From the NCBI GenBank assembly GCA_025358205.1, contig JANYKG010000082.1, positions 551 through 64,550 of the forward strand: DNA of 64,000 nucleotides, written 5' to 3'. Within the stretch, counting starts at the first letter, position 1, and the number at the start of each line of letters is the position of its first letter. The position numbers and the translations under genes are program-made. This DNA comes from Armatimonadota bacterium (GTDB lineage: Bacteria > Armatimonadota > UBA5829 > DTJY01). The notes below the pieces were generated by a model, which made no database searches, was not told where the DNA came from, and was given only the letters and a program-made list of their open reading frames with translations. Below are positions 17,526 through 26,663 of the stretch, in pieces.

Positions 17526-18516
17526 TAGAACTAAGTTATTGGCGATCTATGCTCCTATGCTGGTTGTTGTTGGATGGGTGGTTCTCTGCATGCTGGCGCC
17601 GGTCGGCGGTTCGGAAACGGTGCATGTCCAAGTACCCAGAGGGACTTCCGCTGCAGGATTGGGCAAGATTCTGGCAGGCAAGGGGATCATCAGGAGCGCT
17701 TTCGGGTTTCGATTGCTGGCACGAATGTCGGGCAAAACCTCCGCATTGAAGCCGGGCGCCTATTCGCTCAGCCCCGGCATGACTCCGAGCGCGATACTGG
17801 AGATGATCGCGAAGGGTGATGTCAGCGCGCGATGGGTGACAATCCCCGAGGGGTTCACGGTTCAGCAGATAGGAGACCGCCTTCAGGCGGAAGGGCTGGC
17901 AGATTCAGAGAAATTCACGGATTTGGCGATGAACCATGGCGCGAGTTTCCATACCAGTTTTTCGCACCCGAACAGCAGTTTAGAAGGATACCTTTTTCCT
18001 GATACCTACCTGATTCCGAAAGGATCGTCCGAAGAGGCGATCATACAGGAAATGCTCAAGGGATTTGAGAGTAAGGTGACTATTCCGTTTTCATCTGAAT
18101 TGGCTGCATCCGGTTGGACACTGCACGATGTGGTTACGCTGGCATCACTCATCGAGCGGGAGGCTCGGGTGTCGAAGGATAGACCGCTGGTATCGAGTGT
18201 TTTGCGCAATCGCCTGGCGAAGGGTATGCGGCTGGAGTGCGATGCCACGGTGCTATACGCGCTTGGCGGTCACAAGGATAGGGTTTTCTATCGTGACCTG
18301 GAGGTGGATTCGCCGTACAATACCTACCGTAATGCAGGGCTGCCACCGGGGCCGATAGCTAATCCGGGTGCGGCATGTATCAGGTCGGCGCTTGAACCGG
18401 CCCGGACAAGTTACTACTTCTACGTTGCACGGCGAGATGGTTCGCATATCTTCACACGGAATATGGCAGATCACGAACGTGCGCGGGCGACTGTTCGCGC
18501 GGAAGGCGGCCGGTAA
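17515..18516 (+). CDS. mltG: endolytic murein transglycosylase MltG (YceG-like)
   Basis: YceG-like domain with a single N-terminal transmembrane helix. ATG 17515 has the GAGGAG RBS. The alternative in-frame ATG at 17488 is weaker. Confidence 0.85.
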   Translation: MKSSRTKLLAIYAPMLVVVGWVVLCMLAPVGGSETVHVQVPRGTSAAGLGKILAGKGIIRSAFGFRLLARMSGKTSALKPGAYSLSPGMTPSAILEMIAKGDVSARWVTIPEGFTVQQIGDRLQAEGLADSEKFTDLAMNHGASFHTSFSHPNSSLEGYLFPDTYLIPKGSSEEAIIQEMLKGFESKVTIPFSSELAASGWTLHDVVTLASLIEREARVSKDRPLVSSVLRNRLAKGMRLECDATVLYALGGHKDRVFYRDLEVDSPYNTYRNAGLPPGPIANPGAACIRSALEPARTSYYFYVARRDGSHIFTRNMADHERARATVRAEGGR

Positions 18517-18550
18517 ATTGGGCGAGTTCCTTAAGCGACTATGTCCATCC

Positions 18551-19108
18551 ATGTGTGTGGATTCGGTATCAGTGGTGGACGTGAAAGAACTGCAACGGCT
18601 TGGAATTCGCGCGGTGTTGATTGACCTGGACAACACACTGGTGCCATGGAAAGGGATCGTCCTTTCGCCTGAGGTCAAAGATTGGGTGAAGGATGTTCGG
18701 GCGAAGGGCCTGAAGCTGGGCATAGTATCTAACACGCAGAACATGAAGCGCCTGCACAGCATAGCAAGTGAACTGGATATCCCGTATGTCAGGAGAGGGC
18801 TGAAACCCAGGCGTGTAGGATTTCGCACTGCGCTGGAACTGCTGGGCGAGGACGCATCGCACGCGGCTGTGCTGGGCGACCAGATATTCACGGACGTATG
18901 GGGCGGCAACAGACTGGGCGCATTTACGATACTAGTTAGTCCACTTCACCCACGGGAATTCTTTGGCACAAAGATCAGCAGGTTCTTTGAGCACATGATA
19001 CTCAATGGGCTGAGGGCCAGGGGGATGCTTGGTGTAGACCCCGGCCATTCTCCCGCTAAAGCGGAACAAACGACCGCTTCCGACAGTCAAAAAGAATCGG
19101 AGCAGTGA
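18551..19108 (+). CDS. YqeG-family HAD-IIIA phosphatase
   Basis: Contains LIDLDNTLV (HAD motif I) and GDQIFTDVWGGN (motif III). The start is uncertain: the first ATG after the mltG stop was chosen and no clear RBS is visible. Confidence 0.6.
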   Translation: MCVDSVSVVDVKELQRLGIRAVLIDLDNTLVPWKGIVLSPEVKDWVKDVRAKGLKLGIVSNTQNMKRLHSIASELDIPYVRRGLKPRRVGFRTALELLGEDASHAAVLGDQIFTDVWGGNRLGAFTILVSPLHPREFFGTKISRFFEHMILNGLRARGMLGVDPGHSPAKAEQTTASDSQKESEQ

Positions 19109-19121
19109 CTTGGAGAGAGCC

Positions 19122-19964
19122 ATGACAGGTATGACTCGAGTGACGGGAGTCTTCGGATATCCAGTCAGCCACAGCCAGTCTCCATCCATGCAGAACGCGG
19201 CTTTTCGCGCATTGGGATTGGACTGTGTCTACGTCCCATTCGGTGTCCATCCGGACGATCTGGAGCGGGCCGTTCAGGGTATCCGCGCCCTGGGCATCGT
19301 TGGAATCAACTTGACCATACCGCACAAAGAGCGTGTCATTGATATGCTGGACTGGGTTAGCGAGGATGCCAGACGGATCAGATCCGTGAACACAATTCAC
19401 AACTGCGACGGTGTGCTGAAAGGTTACAGCACAGACGGCGCTGGGTTTATCAGGGCTTTAGAGTCGTGCGGCAAAGCCGCGAGCGGCGCGCGTGCAGTGG
19501 TGATAGGAGCCGGTGGGTCGTCTCGGGCTACGGTTCATGCACTAGTTGCGGGGGGCGCGAAGGTTGCTCTTGTCAACCGGACGCTGGACCGGGCTGTTGA
19601 ATTGGCTGCAACGGTCAATGGTTCTTTCGGCGATTCGGTGGTTTGTCCGATCGGCCTTGATGATCCGGCAGCGGAACGAGCGGTGAAGGAAGCCGATCTC
19701 TTGGTGAACTGCACGCCTGTGGGGATGCATCCGAAACCGGATGCGCAACCGATACCATCTGACTGGCTGCACAGCGGTTTGTTCGTTTACGATCAGATAT
19801 ACAATCCGGTTGAGTCTCAGCTTCTGCGAGCGGCTAGAGCCGTCGGCGCGGACGGGGCCAATGGAATCAAAATGCTAGTTTTTCAGGGAGCGTTGTCGTT
19901 TGAGATCTGGACAGGACGCACTCCGCCGGTGGACATCATGGAGTCCGCAGTGATGCAGGGATAG
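19122..19964 (+). CDS. aroE: shikimate dehydrogenase
   Basis: AroE N-terminal motif VFGYPVSHSQSPSMQNAAF is present. ATG 19122 has the GGAGAG RBS. Confidence 0.88.
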   Translation: MTGMTRVTGVFGYPVSHSQSPSMQNAAFRALGLDCVYVPFGVHPDDLERAVQGIRALGIVGINLTIPHKERVIDMLDWVSEDARRIRSVNTIHNCDGVLKGYSTDGAGFIRALESCGKAASGARAVVIGAGGSSRATVHALVAGGAKVALVNRTLDRAVELAATVNGSFGDSVVCPIGLDDPAAERAVKEADLLVNCTPVGMHPKPDAQPIPSDWLHSGLFVYDQIYNPVESQLLRAARAVGADGANGIKMLVFQGALSFEIWTGRTPPVDIMESAVMQG

Positions 19965-19984
19965 CGACTATCGGGTTTGGGCGG

Positions 19985-20013
19985 TTGCGCGTCAGGTTTC
20001 ACCATGCTATAAT
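19985..20013 (+). promoter_or_regulatory. sigma70-like promoter TTGCGC-17 nt-TATAAT upstream of pilB
   Basis: -35 at 19985-19990 and a perfect -10 TATAAT at 20008-20013, about 57 nt upstream of the pilB ATG. Confidence 0.45.
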
Positions 20014-20069
20014 GCTCTGGTTGAGTGCCAGATAATTGGACAGCCGTGGTTCGGGAGGCCGTTAAGGAT

Positions 20070-21860
20070 ATGGGAACAGCAAGAAGAGATATAGGCGATC
20101 TGCTCATCGAGGCGCAAGTGATTACGCTGGAGCATCTTACCGAAGCGAAGGAAGTGCAGAAGAGCGCGCCTGGTGATTTGGGTCAGATTATACTGGACTT
20201 GGGGTTTGCGAACTCGAAACAGGTTATGCAGGCGCGCGCGCGTCTGATGAATATACAGTTTGTTGATCTTGCCACTCAGAAGCTGGACCCTGCGGCGTTG
20301 GCTGCGGTACCGGAGCATGTGGTGAGACGTCACTGTGTCATCCCGGTGTTTAAGAACGGCAACCGCCTGATGGTGGCCATGAGCGACACACAGAACATCA
20401 AGGCCATGGACGACCTTAGAGTCGTAACTCGTGGTATGCAGGTAGTTCCCGCCCTCGCTCTTCCTGACGCGATAATCGAAGCCATAGAGCGGCATTACAA
20501 GGGCGGCGACGGCGACGGCGCCTCTGCTGCCACTTCAGAAAGCGGTCTGCCTGTACCACCGAACGTAAACACACTGGAGAATTCGATTGGCGGCGGGCTG
20601 GCAGGCGTAAAGGATGCCATCGAGTCGTATAAATCGCGTGACATTGGCGATGAAGAAGACCCGGACGCGGTGGCGCAGATATCCGAGCAGGCTCCAATTA
20701 TCCGTGTGGCCAACACTATTATTCAGCAGGCGGTTCAGGTGGGCGCCAGTGATATCCACGTGGAACCGGACAGGCGGCACGTGCGAGTGAGATACCGCGT
20801 TGACGGTGTGTTGCACGAAGAAATGACCATCCCTAAGTATATTCAGGCGCCGCTAATCTCCAGGTTCAAGATCATGGCTGAGATGAACATCGCCGAACGG
20901 CGCGTACCACAGGACGGACGCATCCCGGTTCGCAAAGACGGCAAGGACTATGACCTTCGCGTGAGCTGCCTTCCTACGATCTGGGGCGAGAAGATTGTAT
21001 GCAGAATCCTGGACAAGAGCAGCGTACTTCTGGGTCTGAACAAGCTGGGTTTCAACAACGAAAACCTGGCCAAACTGGAAGAGATCATCACCCAGCCTAA
21101 CGGTATGTTCCTATGCACAGGCCCTACCGGTTCCGGCAAGACCACCACACAGTACGCCGTACTTCACAAGATTAACTCCGTAGATAGAAACATCATCACT
21201 GTTGAAGACCCGGTTGAGTATCAGCTTTCAGGTATCTCTCAGGTTCACGTGAACGTGAAAGCCGGATTGACGTTCGGCGGCGCACTTAGGTCGTTTCTGC
21301 GCCAGGACCCGGATATCATCATGGTCGGAGAAATGAGAGACTTGGAGACCGCCGAGATCGCGGTTGAAGCGTCTCTGACCGGTCACCTTGTTCTCTCAAC
21401 TCTGCATACCAACAACGCTCCTTCCGCCGTTATCCGAATGGTTGATATGGGAGTGGAGCCTTATCTTATATCCGCGACCGTTCACGGCGTACTGGCGCAG
21501 AGGCTGGCGCGAAAGATTTGCGCTCAATGCGGAGAGGACTACCAGACACATGCGAGCGATTTGAGGGTGCTGGGATACGAACCCAAGGACAAGGATGAGA
21601 TGGTCACCCTGCGCAGAGGGCGGGGCTGCGAGGTCTGCCGCCATACCGGGTTCAAGGGCAGAACCGGTATCCACGAGTTGATGACCATGAACGATGAAAT
21701 CGCGGAACTTACCGTCCGTCGCGCGCCGCTGGCAGACATCCGAGAGGCAGCGAAGGCGAACGGTATGCATGACCTGCGAGACGATGGCCTTGAGAAGGTC
21801 ATGAGCGGAGTCACCACGATCGAAGAGGTCAAGAAGGTTGTATTCACCGCCGGTCACTAG
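20070..21860 (+). CDS. pilB: type IV pilus assembly ATPase PilB (GspE family)
   Basis: N-terminal GSPII_E_N-like domain, Walker A CTGPTGSGKTTT, Asp/His boxes and a tetracysteine motif (CAQC...CEVC). The stop TAG 21858-21860 lies inside the CTAG terminus of repeat copy C. Confidence 0.9.
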   Translation: MGTARRDIGDLLIEAQVITLEHLTEAKEVQKSAPGDLGQIILDLGFANSKQVMQARARLMNIQFVDLATQKLDPAALAAVPEHVVRRHCVIPVFKNGNRLMVAMSDTQNIKAMDDLRVVTRGMQVVPALALPDAIIEAIERHYKGGDGDGASAATSESGLPVPPNVNTLENSIGGGLAGVKDAIESYKSRDIGDEEDPDAVAQISEQAPIIRVANTIIQQAVQVGASDIHVEPDRRHVRVRYRVDGVLHEEMTIPKYIQAPLISRFKIMAEMNIAERRVPQDGRIPVRKDGKDYDLRVSCLPTIWGEKIVCRILDKSSVLLGLNKLGFNNENLAKLEEIITQPNGMFLCTGPTGSGKTTTQYAVLHKINSVDRNIITVEDPVEYQLSGISQVHVNVKAGLTFGGALRSFLRQDPDIIMVGEMRDLETAEIAVEASLTGHLVLSTLHTNNAPSAVIRMVDMGVEPYLISATVHGVLAQRLARKICAQCGEDYQTHASDLRVLGYEPKDKDEMVTLRRGRGCEVCRHTGFKGRTGIHELMTMNDEIAELTVRRAPLADIREAAKANGMHDLRDDGLEKVMSGVTTIEEVKKVVFTAGH

Positions 21861-21936
21861 CCCGCATTATTCATAAAAAGCATGAATAATGCTCAGAAGG
21901 TTGCGGATTATGCGGAACATGCATAATCCGCGCTAA
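21857..21936 (+). repeat. double-hairpin intergenic repeat, copy C
   Basis: Sequence CTAGCCCGCATTATTCATAAAAAGCATGAATAATGC-TCAGAAGG-TTGCGGATTATGCGGAACATGCATAATCCGCGCTAA. It begins at the pilB stop codon. Confidence 0.7.
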
Positions 21937-21984
21937 TTGCCGGTGCGGAGAAAAATGCCGCGGCACTGTACACGGAGGCATGAG

Positions 21985-23157
21985 TTGCAGGAAAGTAACA
22001 TAACGACACAGATGTCATCGAGGGCCAATGGCCGGGGTACATCTGTCGAAGATATTCACATAGATGATTTGCTCCGCCTGATCGTGGAGCGCGGCGCGTC
22101 CGACCTGCATCTGGCGGTGGGTTTGCCGCCGATCCTGCGCACGGACGGCCAACTGGTGCAGACCGCGTATGCATTCCTGACGCCTCAGGATACTCAGCGG
22201 CTGATGTACGACATTCTGACCGATGAGCAGGTGCAGCGGTTCGAGTCGGCATTCGAACTGGACTTTTCCTATTCCATTGAGAAGCTGTCAAGATTTCGCG
22301 TGAATATTTTCAAAGACAAAGGCACAGTTGCGGCCGCGTTCAGGGTCATCCCCCAGAGAATTCCGACAATCCGCGAACTTGGGCTTCCACTCGTCCTTGA
22401 GGATCTGACCCGAAAGCCCAGAGGACTCATTCTAGTCACCGGTCCTACCGGATCAGGAAAGTCTACCACCCTTGCCGCGATGCTGAATCTGATTAACACC
22501 GAGCGAAACGTTCATATCATCACCATCGAGGACCCGATTGAGTACCTGCACACCCACCGAAGCAGCGTTATCAATCAGCGCGAACTGGGATCAGACACTA
22601 AGTCGTTCTCGAATGCGCTCAGGTCATCGCTGCGCGAAGACCCGGATGTGATTCTCGTTGGTGAAATGCGCGACCTGGATACTATCTCCACCGCCATTAC
22701 GTGCGCTGAAACGGGTCACCTGGTGCTGGCTACGTTGCACACGAACAACGCGCCTCAGACGGTGGACCGTATGGTAGACGTTTTTCCGTCCGATCAGCAG
22801 GAGCAGATACGCTTCATGTTGTCCAACAACCTGGAAGCGGTGGTTTGTCAGCAACTGCTTCCGAGAGCGGGTATGCCGGGCCGAGTGTGCGCCATGGAGA
22901 TCATGATGGCGACACCGGCAATACGTAACCTGATTCGGGAAAGCAAGGCCCACCAGCTTACGTCTGTGATACAGACCAGCGCCAACGTGGGCATGCAGAC
23001 GATGGATCAATCGCTCAGGGATCTGTACCAGAAGGGTCTTATTTCCTACGACGAGGCGCTCACCCGGTGTATGAACCCGGATGAGTTCAAGACAATGGTA
23101 TCTACTACCACCACGCGCGGCGGACGACCGCAGGCAGCGCCGGGCGGCTCTCAGTAG
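21985..23157 (+). CDS. pilT: type IV pilus retraction ATPase PilT
   Basis: Walker A GPTGSGKSTT and PilT-type motifs are present. TTG 21985 is proposed as start because GGAGG lies 6 nt upstream. The alternative ATG at 22012 has no RBS. Confidence 0.85.
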   Translation: MQESNITTQMSSRANGRGTSVEDIHIDDLLRLIVERGASDLHLAVGLPPILRTDGQLVQTAYAFLTPQDTQRLMYDILTDEQVQRFESAFELDFSYSIEKLSRFRVNIFKDKGTVAAAFRVIPQRIPTIRELGLPLVLEDLTRKPRGLILVTGPTGSGKSTTLAAMLNLINTERNVHIITIEDPIEYLHTHRSSVINQRELGSDTKSFSNALRSSLREDPDVILVGEMRDLDTISTAITCAETGHLVLATLHTNNAPQTVDRMVDVFPSDQQEQIRFMLSNNLEAVVCQQLLPRAGMPGRVCAMEIMMATPAIRNLIRESKAHQLTSVIQTSANVGMQTMDQSLRDLYQKGLISYDEALTRCMNPDEFKTMVSTTTTRGGRPQAAPGGSQ

Positions 23158-23160
23158 GTT

Positions 23161-23239
23161 TGGACCGCATTATTCATGAACAGCATGAATAATGCTCAGA
23201 AGGCCGCAGATTATGCGGGACATGCATAATCCGCGCTAG
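23161..23239 (+). repeat. double-hairpin intergenic repeat, copy D
   Basis: Sequence GACCGCATTATTCATGAACAGCATGAATAATGC-TCAGAAGG-CCGCAGATTATGCGGGACATGCATAATCCGCGCTAG. It starts 4 nt after the pilT stop. Confidence 0.7.
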
Positions 23240-23278
23240 GACCGGATGGAGCATTTGGCTCCAAGGGAGTGATGTAAG

Positions 23279-24514
23279 ATGGCAACTTTTGCATATACAG
23301 TCAAAGACGCAGCGGGAACGATGAGGAAAGGCACCTCGGAAGGCGAGAACGAAGCCGTTGTGGTTCGTCGCCTGCAAGAGCAGGGGATGACGATCGTCAA
23401 CATCAAGCCGGGCAAAGCGGCCAAGGCCAAGTCCGGCGGCGGTGGGTTTGGCAGCGTCAAACTTGTTGACCTTTCCATTTTCTGTCGGCAGTTCTCTACC
23501 ATGGTTGACGCGGGTGTATCACTGGTGCGGTGTCTTACCGTTCTTAGCGAACAGTCAACCAGCCCCAAATTGCGACGAATCATCACCGAGATCGAGCAGG
23601 AAGTTCAGAGCGGACAGACGCTCTCGAAGGCGATGGCGAGGTATCCGGGCGTCTTCAACAGCCTGTTCATCGGTCTGGTCAAAGCAGGTGAGGTCGGCGG
23701 CGCGTTGGAGGAAAGCCTGCAGCGGTTGTCCGGATTCCTTGAGAAGGACCTGCAGCTCAGACGCAAAGTCAAAGGCGCCATGACGTATCCTACAATCGTT
23801 CTCGTAGTTGCGGTGACCATCGTCATAGGTCTGGTTACTTTCATAGTTCCGCAGTTTATGACCCTTTTCACCGACCTAGGCATGAAGCAAACGGACATGC
23901 CCAGCATGACTCGGTCGCTGATGCAATTCAGTAATTTCCTCACTACCAAGTGGTGGATATGCTTGCTCGTCGTCATTTCGTTTGTGGTTGGCATCAAGAT
24001 GTTTGGGAATACTAAAGTAGGACGCAGAGTTCTTGACCGCGTCAAACTAAAAGCGCCGGTCTTTGGTCCATTGAACCACAAAGTGTGCCTGGCCAGGTTC
24101 TCCCGGACCCTCGCCACATTGCTGTCGAGCGGTGTACCCATTCTTTCGGCCATGGAGACGGTGGCAGGCACGGTGGCCAATGAGATTCTTGGTGACGCGA
24201 TTTTGAACGCGCGGACCAGAATCCGTGAAGGTGACCGGATTGGTGAACCGCTGCAGAAGAGCAAGCTGTTCCCCCCGATGGTAGTGCAGATGATCAGCAT
24301 CGGCGAGGAATCCGGTTCGCTGGACAACATGCTTATGAAGGTGGCTGACTTCTACGAGGACGAGGTGGATGCGGCGCTGGAAAGCCTGACGTCCGCTATT
24401 GAACCTATCATGATCGTTGTTCTGGGTAGCGCTGTAGGATTCATCGTAATCGCTATGTTCAGCCCGCTTCTGGCGGTCATCTCTAACCTGAGTTCCGGCG
24501 GCGGAACCAACTAG
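23279..24514 (+). CDS. pilC: type IV pilus inner-membrane platform protein PilC (GspF family)
   Basis: Two T2SSF-like repeats with transmembrane segments. RBS AGGGAG. The stop TAG 24512-24514 lies inside the CTAG of copy E. Confidence 0.9.
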   Translation: MATFAYTVKDAAGTMRKGTSEGENEAVVVRRLQEQGMTIVNIKPGKAAKAKSGGGGFGSVKLVDLSIFCRQFSTMVDAGVSLVRCLTVLSEQSTSPKLRRIITEIEQEVQSGQTLSKAMARYPGVFNSLFIGLVKAGEVGGALEESLQRLSGFLEKDLQLRRKVKGAMTYPTIVLVVAVTIVIGLVTFIVPQFMTLFTDLGMKQTDMPSMTRSLMQFSNFLTTKWWICLLVVISFVVGIKMFGNTKVGRRVLDRVKLKAPVFGPLNHKVCLARFSRTLATLLSSGVPILSAMETVAGTVANEILGDAILNARTRIREGDRIGEPLQKSKLFPPMVVQMISIGEESGSLDNMLMKVADFYEDEVDAALESLTSAIEPIMIVVLGSAVGFIVIAMFSPLLAVISNLSSGGGTN

Positions 24515-24591
24515 CCCGCATTATTCACGAAGAACGTGAATAATGCTCAGAAAGGCCCTGCAATATGCCGGACGTGCATAATGCAGGCTAG
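24511..24591 (+). repeat. double-hairpin intergenic repeat, copy E (CTAG at both ends)
   Basis: Sequence CTAGCCCGCATTATTCACGAAGAACGTGAATAATGC-TCAGAAAGG-CCCTGCAATATGCCGGACGTGCATAATGCAGGCTAG. Confidence 0.7.
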
Positions 24592-24614
24592 CCCGGAAAG
24601 TATAAGAGTAGATC

Positions 24615-25463
24615 ATGCCGGAATGGCTGGGCGTAGCAATAGCAGTGCTGTATGGAACGATAGTCGGCAGTTTTCTGAACGTCTGTATATGGCGTCTGCC
24701 ACGGGATGAATCGTTGACGCATCCGGGTTCGCATTGCCCGCAGTGCGGAAAACTACTCCGTGCGTGGGATTTGGTCCCGCTGTTCAGCTTTCTGCTGCAG
24801 GGGTGCAAGTGCCGATACTGCAAAGGGCCTATCACCTGGCGTTATTTTAGCGTGGAGTTGCTCACCGGAGTGTACTTCGGGTTAGCGTACATGTTTGCTC
24901 TGAATAATTCCAATGCCGTGGTTGTGGACTTCCTGCAGTATGCTTTGTTCGGCGCTGCGCTGATAGCGATCTTCTTCATTGATCTGGAGCACTGGATAAT
25001 CCCGGATCAACTCAGTGTTTTTGGAATAGTTCTAGGGATTGGGCGGGATGTCTACGGCTTGGTAAGCCATACCAGAGAAACGTTCCACATTCCGGTGCCG
25101 TGGACGAGCCTGAGTGTTCCGTTACCGCAGTCTTTGGCGGGAATTTTCGCCTGTGGTGGAACATTTCTTGCCATTGCCGTAGTCAGTTACTATATATTCA
25201 AGAAGGAAGGCATTGGCGGTGGTGACATCAAGCTGGCCGCTGCAGTGGGGGCGAATCTGGCGCTTGGCCCGGCGATGCTATCCTTCTTCATAGCGGTTGC
25301 GCTGGGAAGCTTCATAGGCATAGGGCTTATGATTTTCGGGAGGAAGTCTCGAAAGGATTATGTGCCTTTCGGTCCGATGATGGTAGCAGGCGCCTTTGTT
25401 TCGATGTTTTACGGACAAACACTCATAAAGATGTATTACAGACTCGTTGGACTGGACGGCTAG
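24615..25463 (+). CDS. pilD: prepilin peptidase / N-methyltransferase PilD (A24 family)
   Basis: N-terminal tetracysteine CPQC...CRYC and the DiS-P-DiS core with transmembrane helices. Confidence 0.9.
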   Translation: MPEWLGVAIAVLYGTIVGSFLNVCIWRLPRDESLTHPGSHCPQCGKLLRAWDLVPLFSFLLQGCKCRYCKGPITWRYFSVELLTGVYFGLAYMFALNNSNAVVVDFLQYALFGAALIAIFFIDLEHWIIPDQLSVFGIVLGIGRDVYGLVSHTRETFHIPVPWTSLSVPLPQSLAGIFACGGTFLAIAVVSYYIFKKEGIGGGDIKLAAAVGANLALGPAMLSFFIAVALGSFIGIGLMIFGRKSRKDYVPFGPMMVAGAFVSMFYGQTLIKMYYRLVGLDG

Positions 25464-25493
25464 ACCGTTCGGCTCATCCAGGAGGGACTCAAA

Positions 25494-26423
25494 ATGCTAT
25501 CTTACAAACAGAGAAGTGGAATGACTCTCATTGAGCTGCTGGTAGTTATCGCCATCATCGGCGTGCTGGCAAGCATGATCTTTCCTGTGGCGTCAGCCGC
25601 CAAGGCGCGGGCCAAGAAGGCCCAGTGCATGAACAACATGATGCAGATTTTCACCGCTCTTAAGCAGTTTCAGCTTGACGAGCACAAGTACCCCGAGTTT
25701 ATCGTCGGCCCGGTTCAGTGGAAGGACAGTAATGGGATGTACACATACATGGCCGGCGGAACCATCGTGACATTGAACCAGAATACAGGTATGGTTGGCG
25801 GTCCGAACGGCGGCAATGGCCGAGCGGTAGCTCTGTACCCGGAGTATATCAGCGAGTTGGGCAGCATCAAATGTCCGACGTCCGATTTGAATGAGGATTG
25901 GGTTTCGCCTCCAGTAGGCTCTTCTCTGGGAATGGGTCGTCCTTACACAACCGGTATGCGGCTAAATGCATCCGGCACGCTAGTTGAAGACAATGAGTCC
26001 ATTTCTCTTGACCCGATGTTTCCGATTTTGAGCGCTTTCAACAAGGGCCCTGTCCCGTTCAGAGGCAAGGGACCGGCGGGTGACGGTTCCAAAGCGTTTT
26101 CGGTGTACAAGTACAGCAGCTATGACTATCAGAGACCGCTGAAAACAGCCGCTACCGGTGAGATTCACTACAGTACGAGCTGGAGTGACTATGACCCGAC
26201 TAAGCCGATGTCTACTCAACCCGGGATTGAGCGTCAGCTCAGGTGGCGCACGCCGCCATCGGATACGGTGGTAACCTGGTGTGCGTATCATCGGAATATG
26301 TCCGGGAGTGGTGTGCCGACAGGCGCAAGCAAGGACACTGTTCTGTTCCTGGACGGGCATGTTGACCAGAAGCCAAGTCCTGCCTTTATTCCGTGGACGA
26401 CAGGATGGAATACGGTTCCTTGA
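25494..26423 (+). CDS. prepilin-type N-terminal methylation-domain protein of the DUF1559 (H-X9-DG) type; candidate major pilin
   Basis: Leader MLSYKQRSG followed by MTLIELLVVIAIIGVLA, with Glu at +5. The C-terminal motif VLFLDGHV is typical of DUF1559. RBS GGAGGG. A terminator-like hairpin follows. Confidence 0.8.
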   Translation: MLSYKQRSGMTLIELLVVIAIIGVLASMIFPVASAAKARAKKAQCMNNMMQIFTALKQFQLDEHKYPEFIVGPVQWKDSNGMYTYMAGGTIVTLNQNTGMVGGPNGGNGRAVALYPEYISELGSIKCPTSDLNEDWVSPPVGSSLGMGRPYTTGMRLNASGTLVEDNESISLDPMFPILSAFNKGPVPFRGKGPAGDGSKAFSVYKYSSYDYQRPLKTAATGEIHYSTSWSDYDPTKPMSTQPGIERQLRWRTPPSDTVVTWCAYHRNMSGSGVPTGASKDTVLFLDGHVDQKPSPAFIPWTTGWNTVP

Positions 26424-26446
26424 TAGCCGATGTTTAGTCGGAAATC

Positions 26447-26492
26447 GGGATAACCGCGTGCAAGCAGGCAGGCGGTTATCTTGCATTTCGTG
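26447..26492 (+). terminator. terminator-like hairpin after the DUF1559 pilin gene
   Basis: Stem GGGATAACCGC (26447-26457) / GCGGTTATC (26472-26480) with a 14-nt loop, followed by TTGCATTTCG. The U-tract is weak, so it may only be partial. Confidence 0.4.
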
Positions 26493-26663
26493 GGTACAGC
26501 AAGGAACAATTGGCGTCGGCATGAAGTCGAACCTAGTGTGGGGGGCTGCAGACCCCGATGATGGGCTGCAAGCCGTGGCGAATCGGTGTTGATGCCAAAG
26601 GACACAGTGCGTCTAATGAACCAGACCATACAATCATCAAGAATGAAGCGGGTGATAAAGCAT

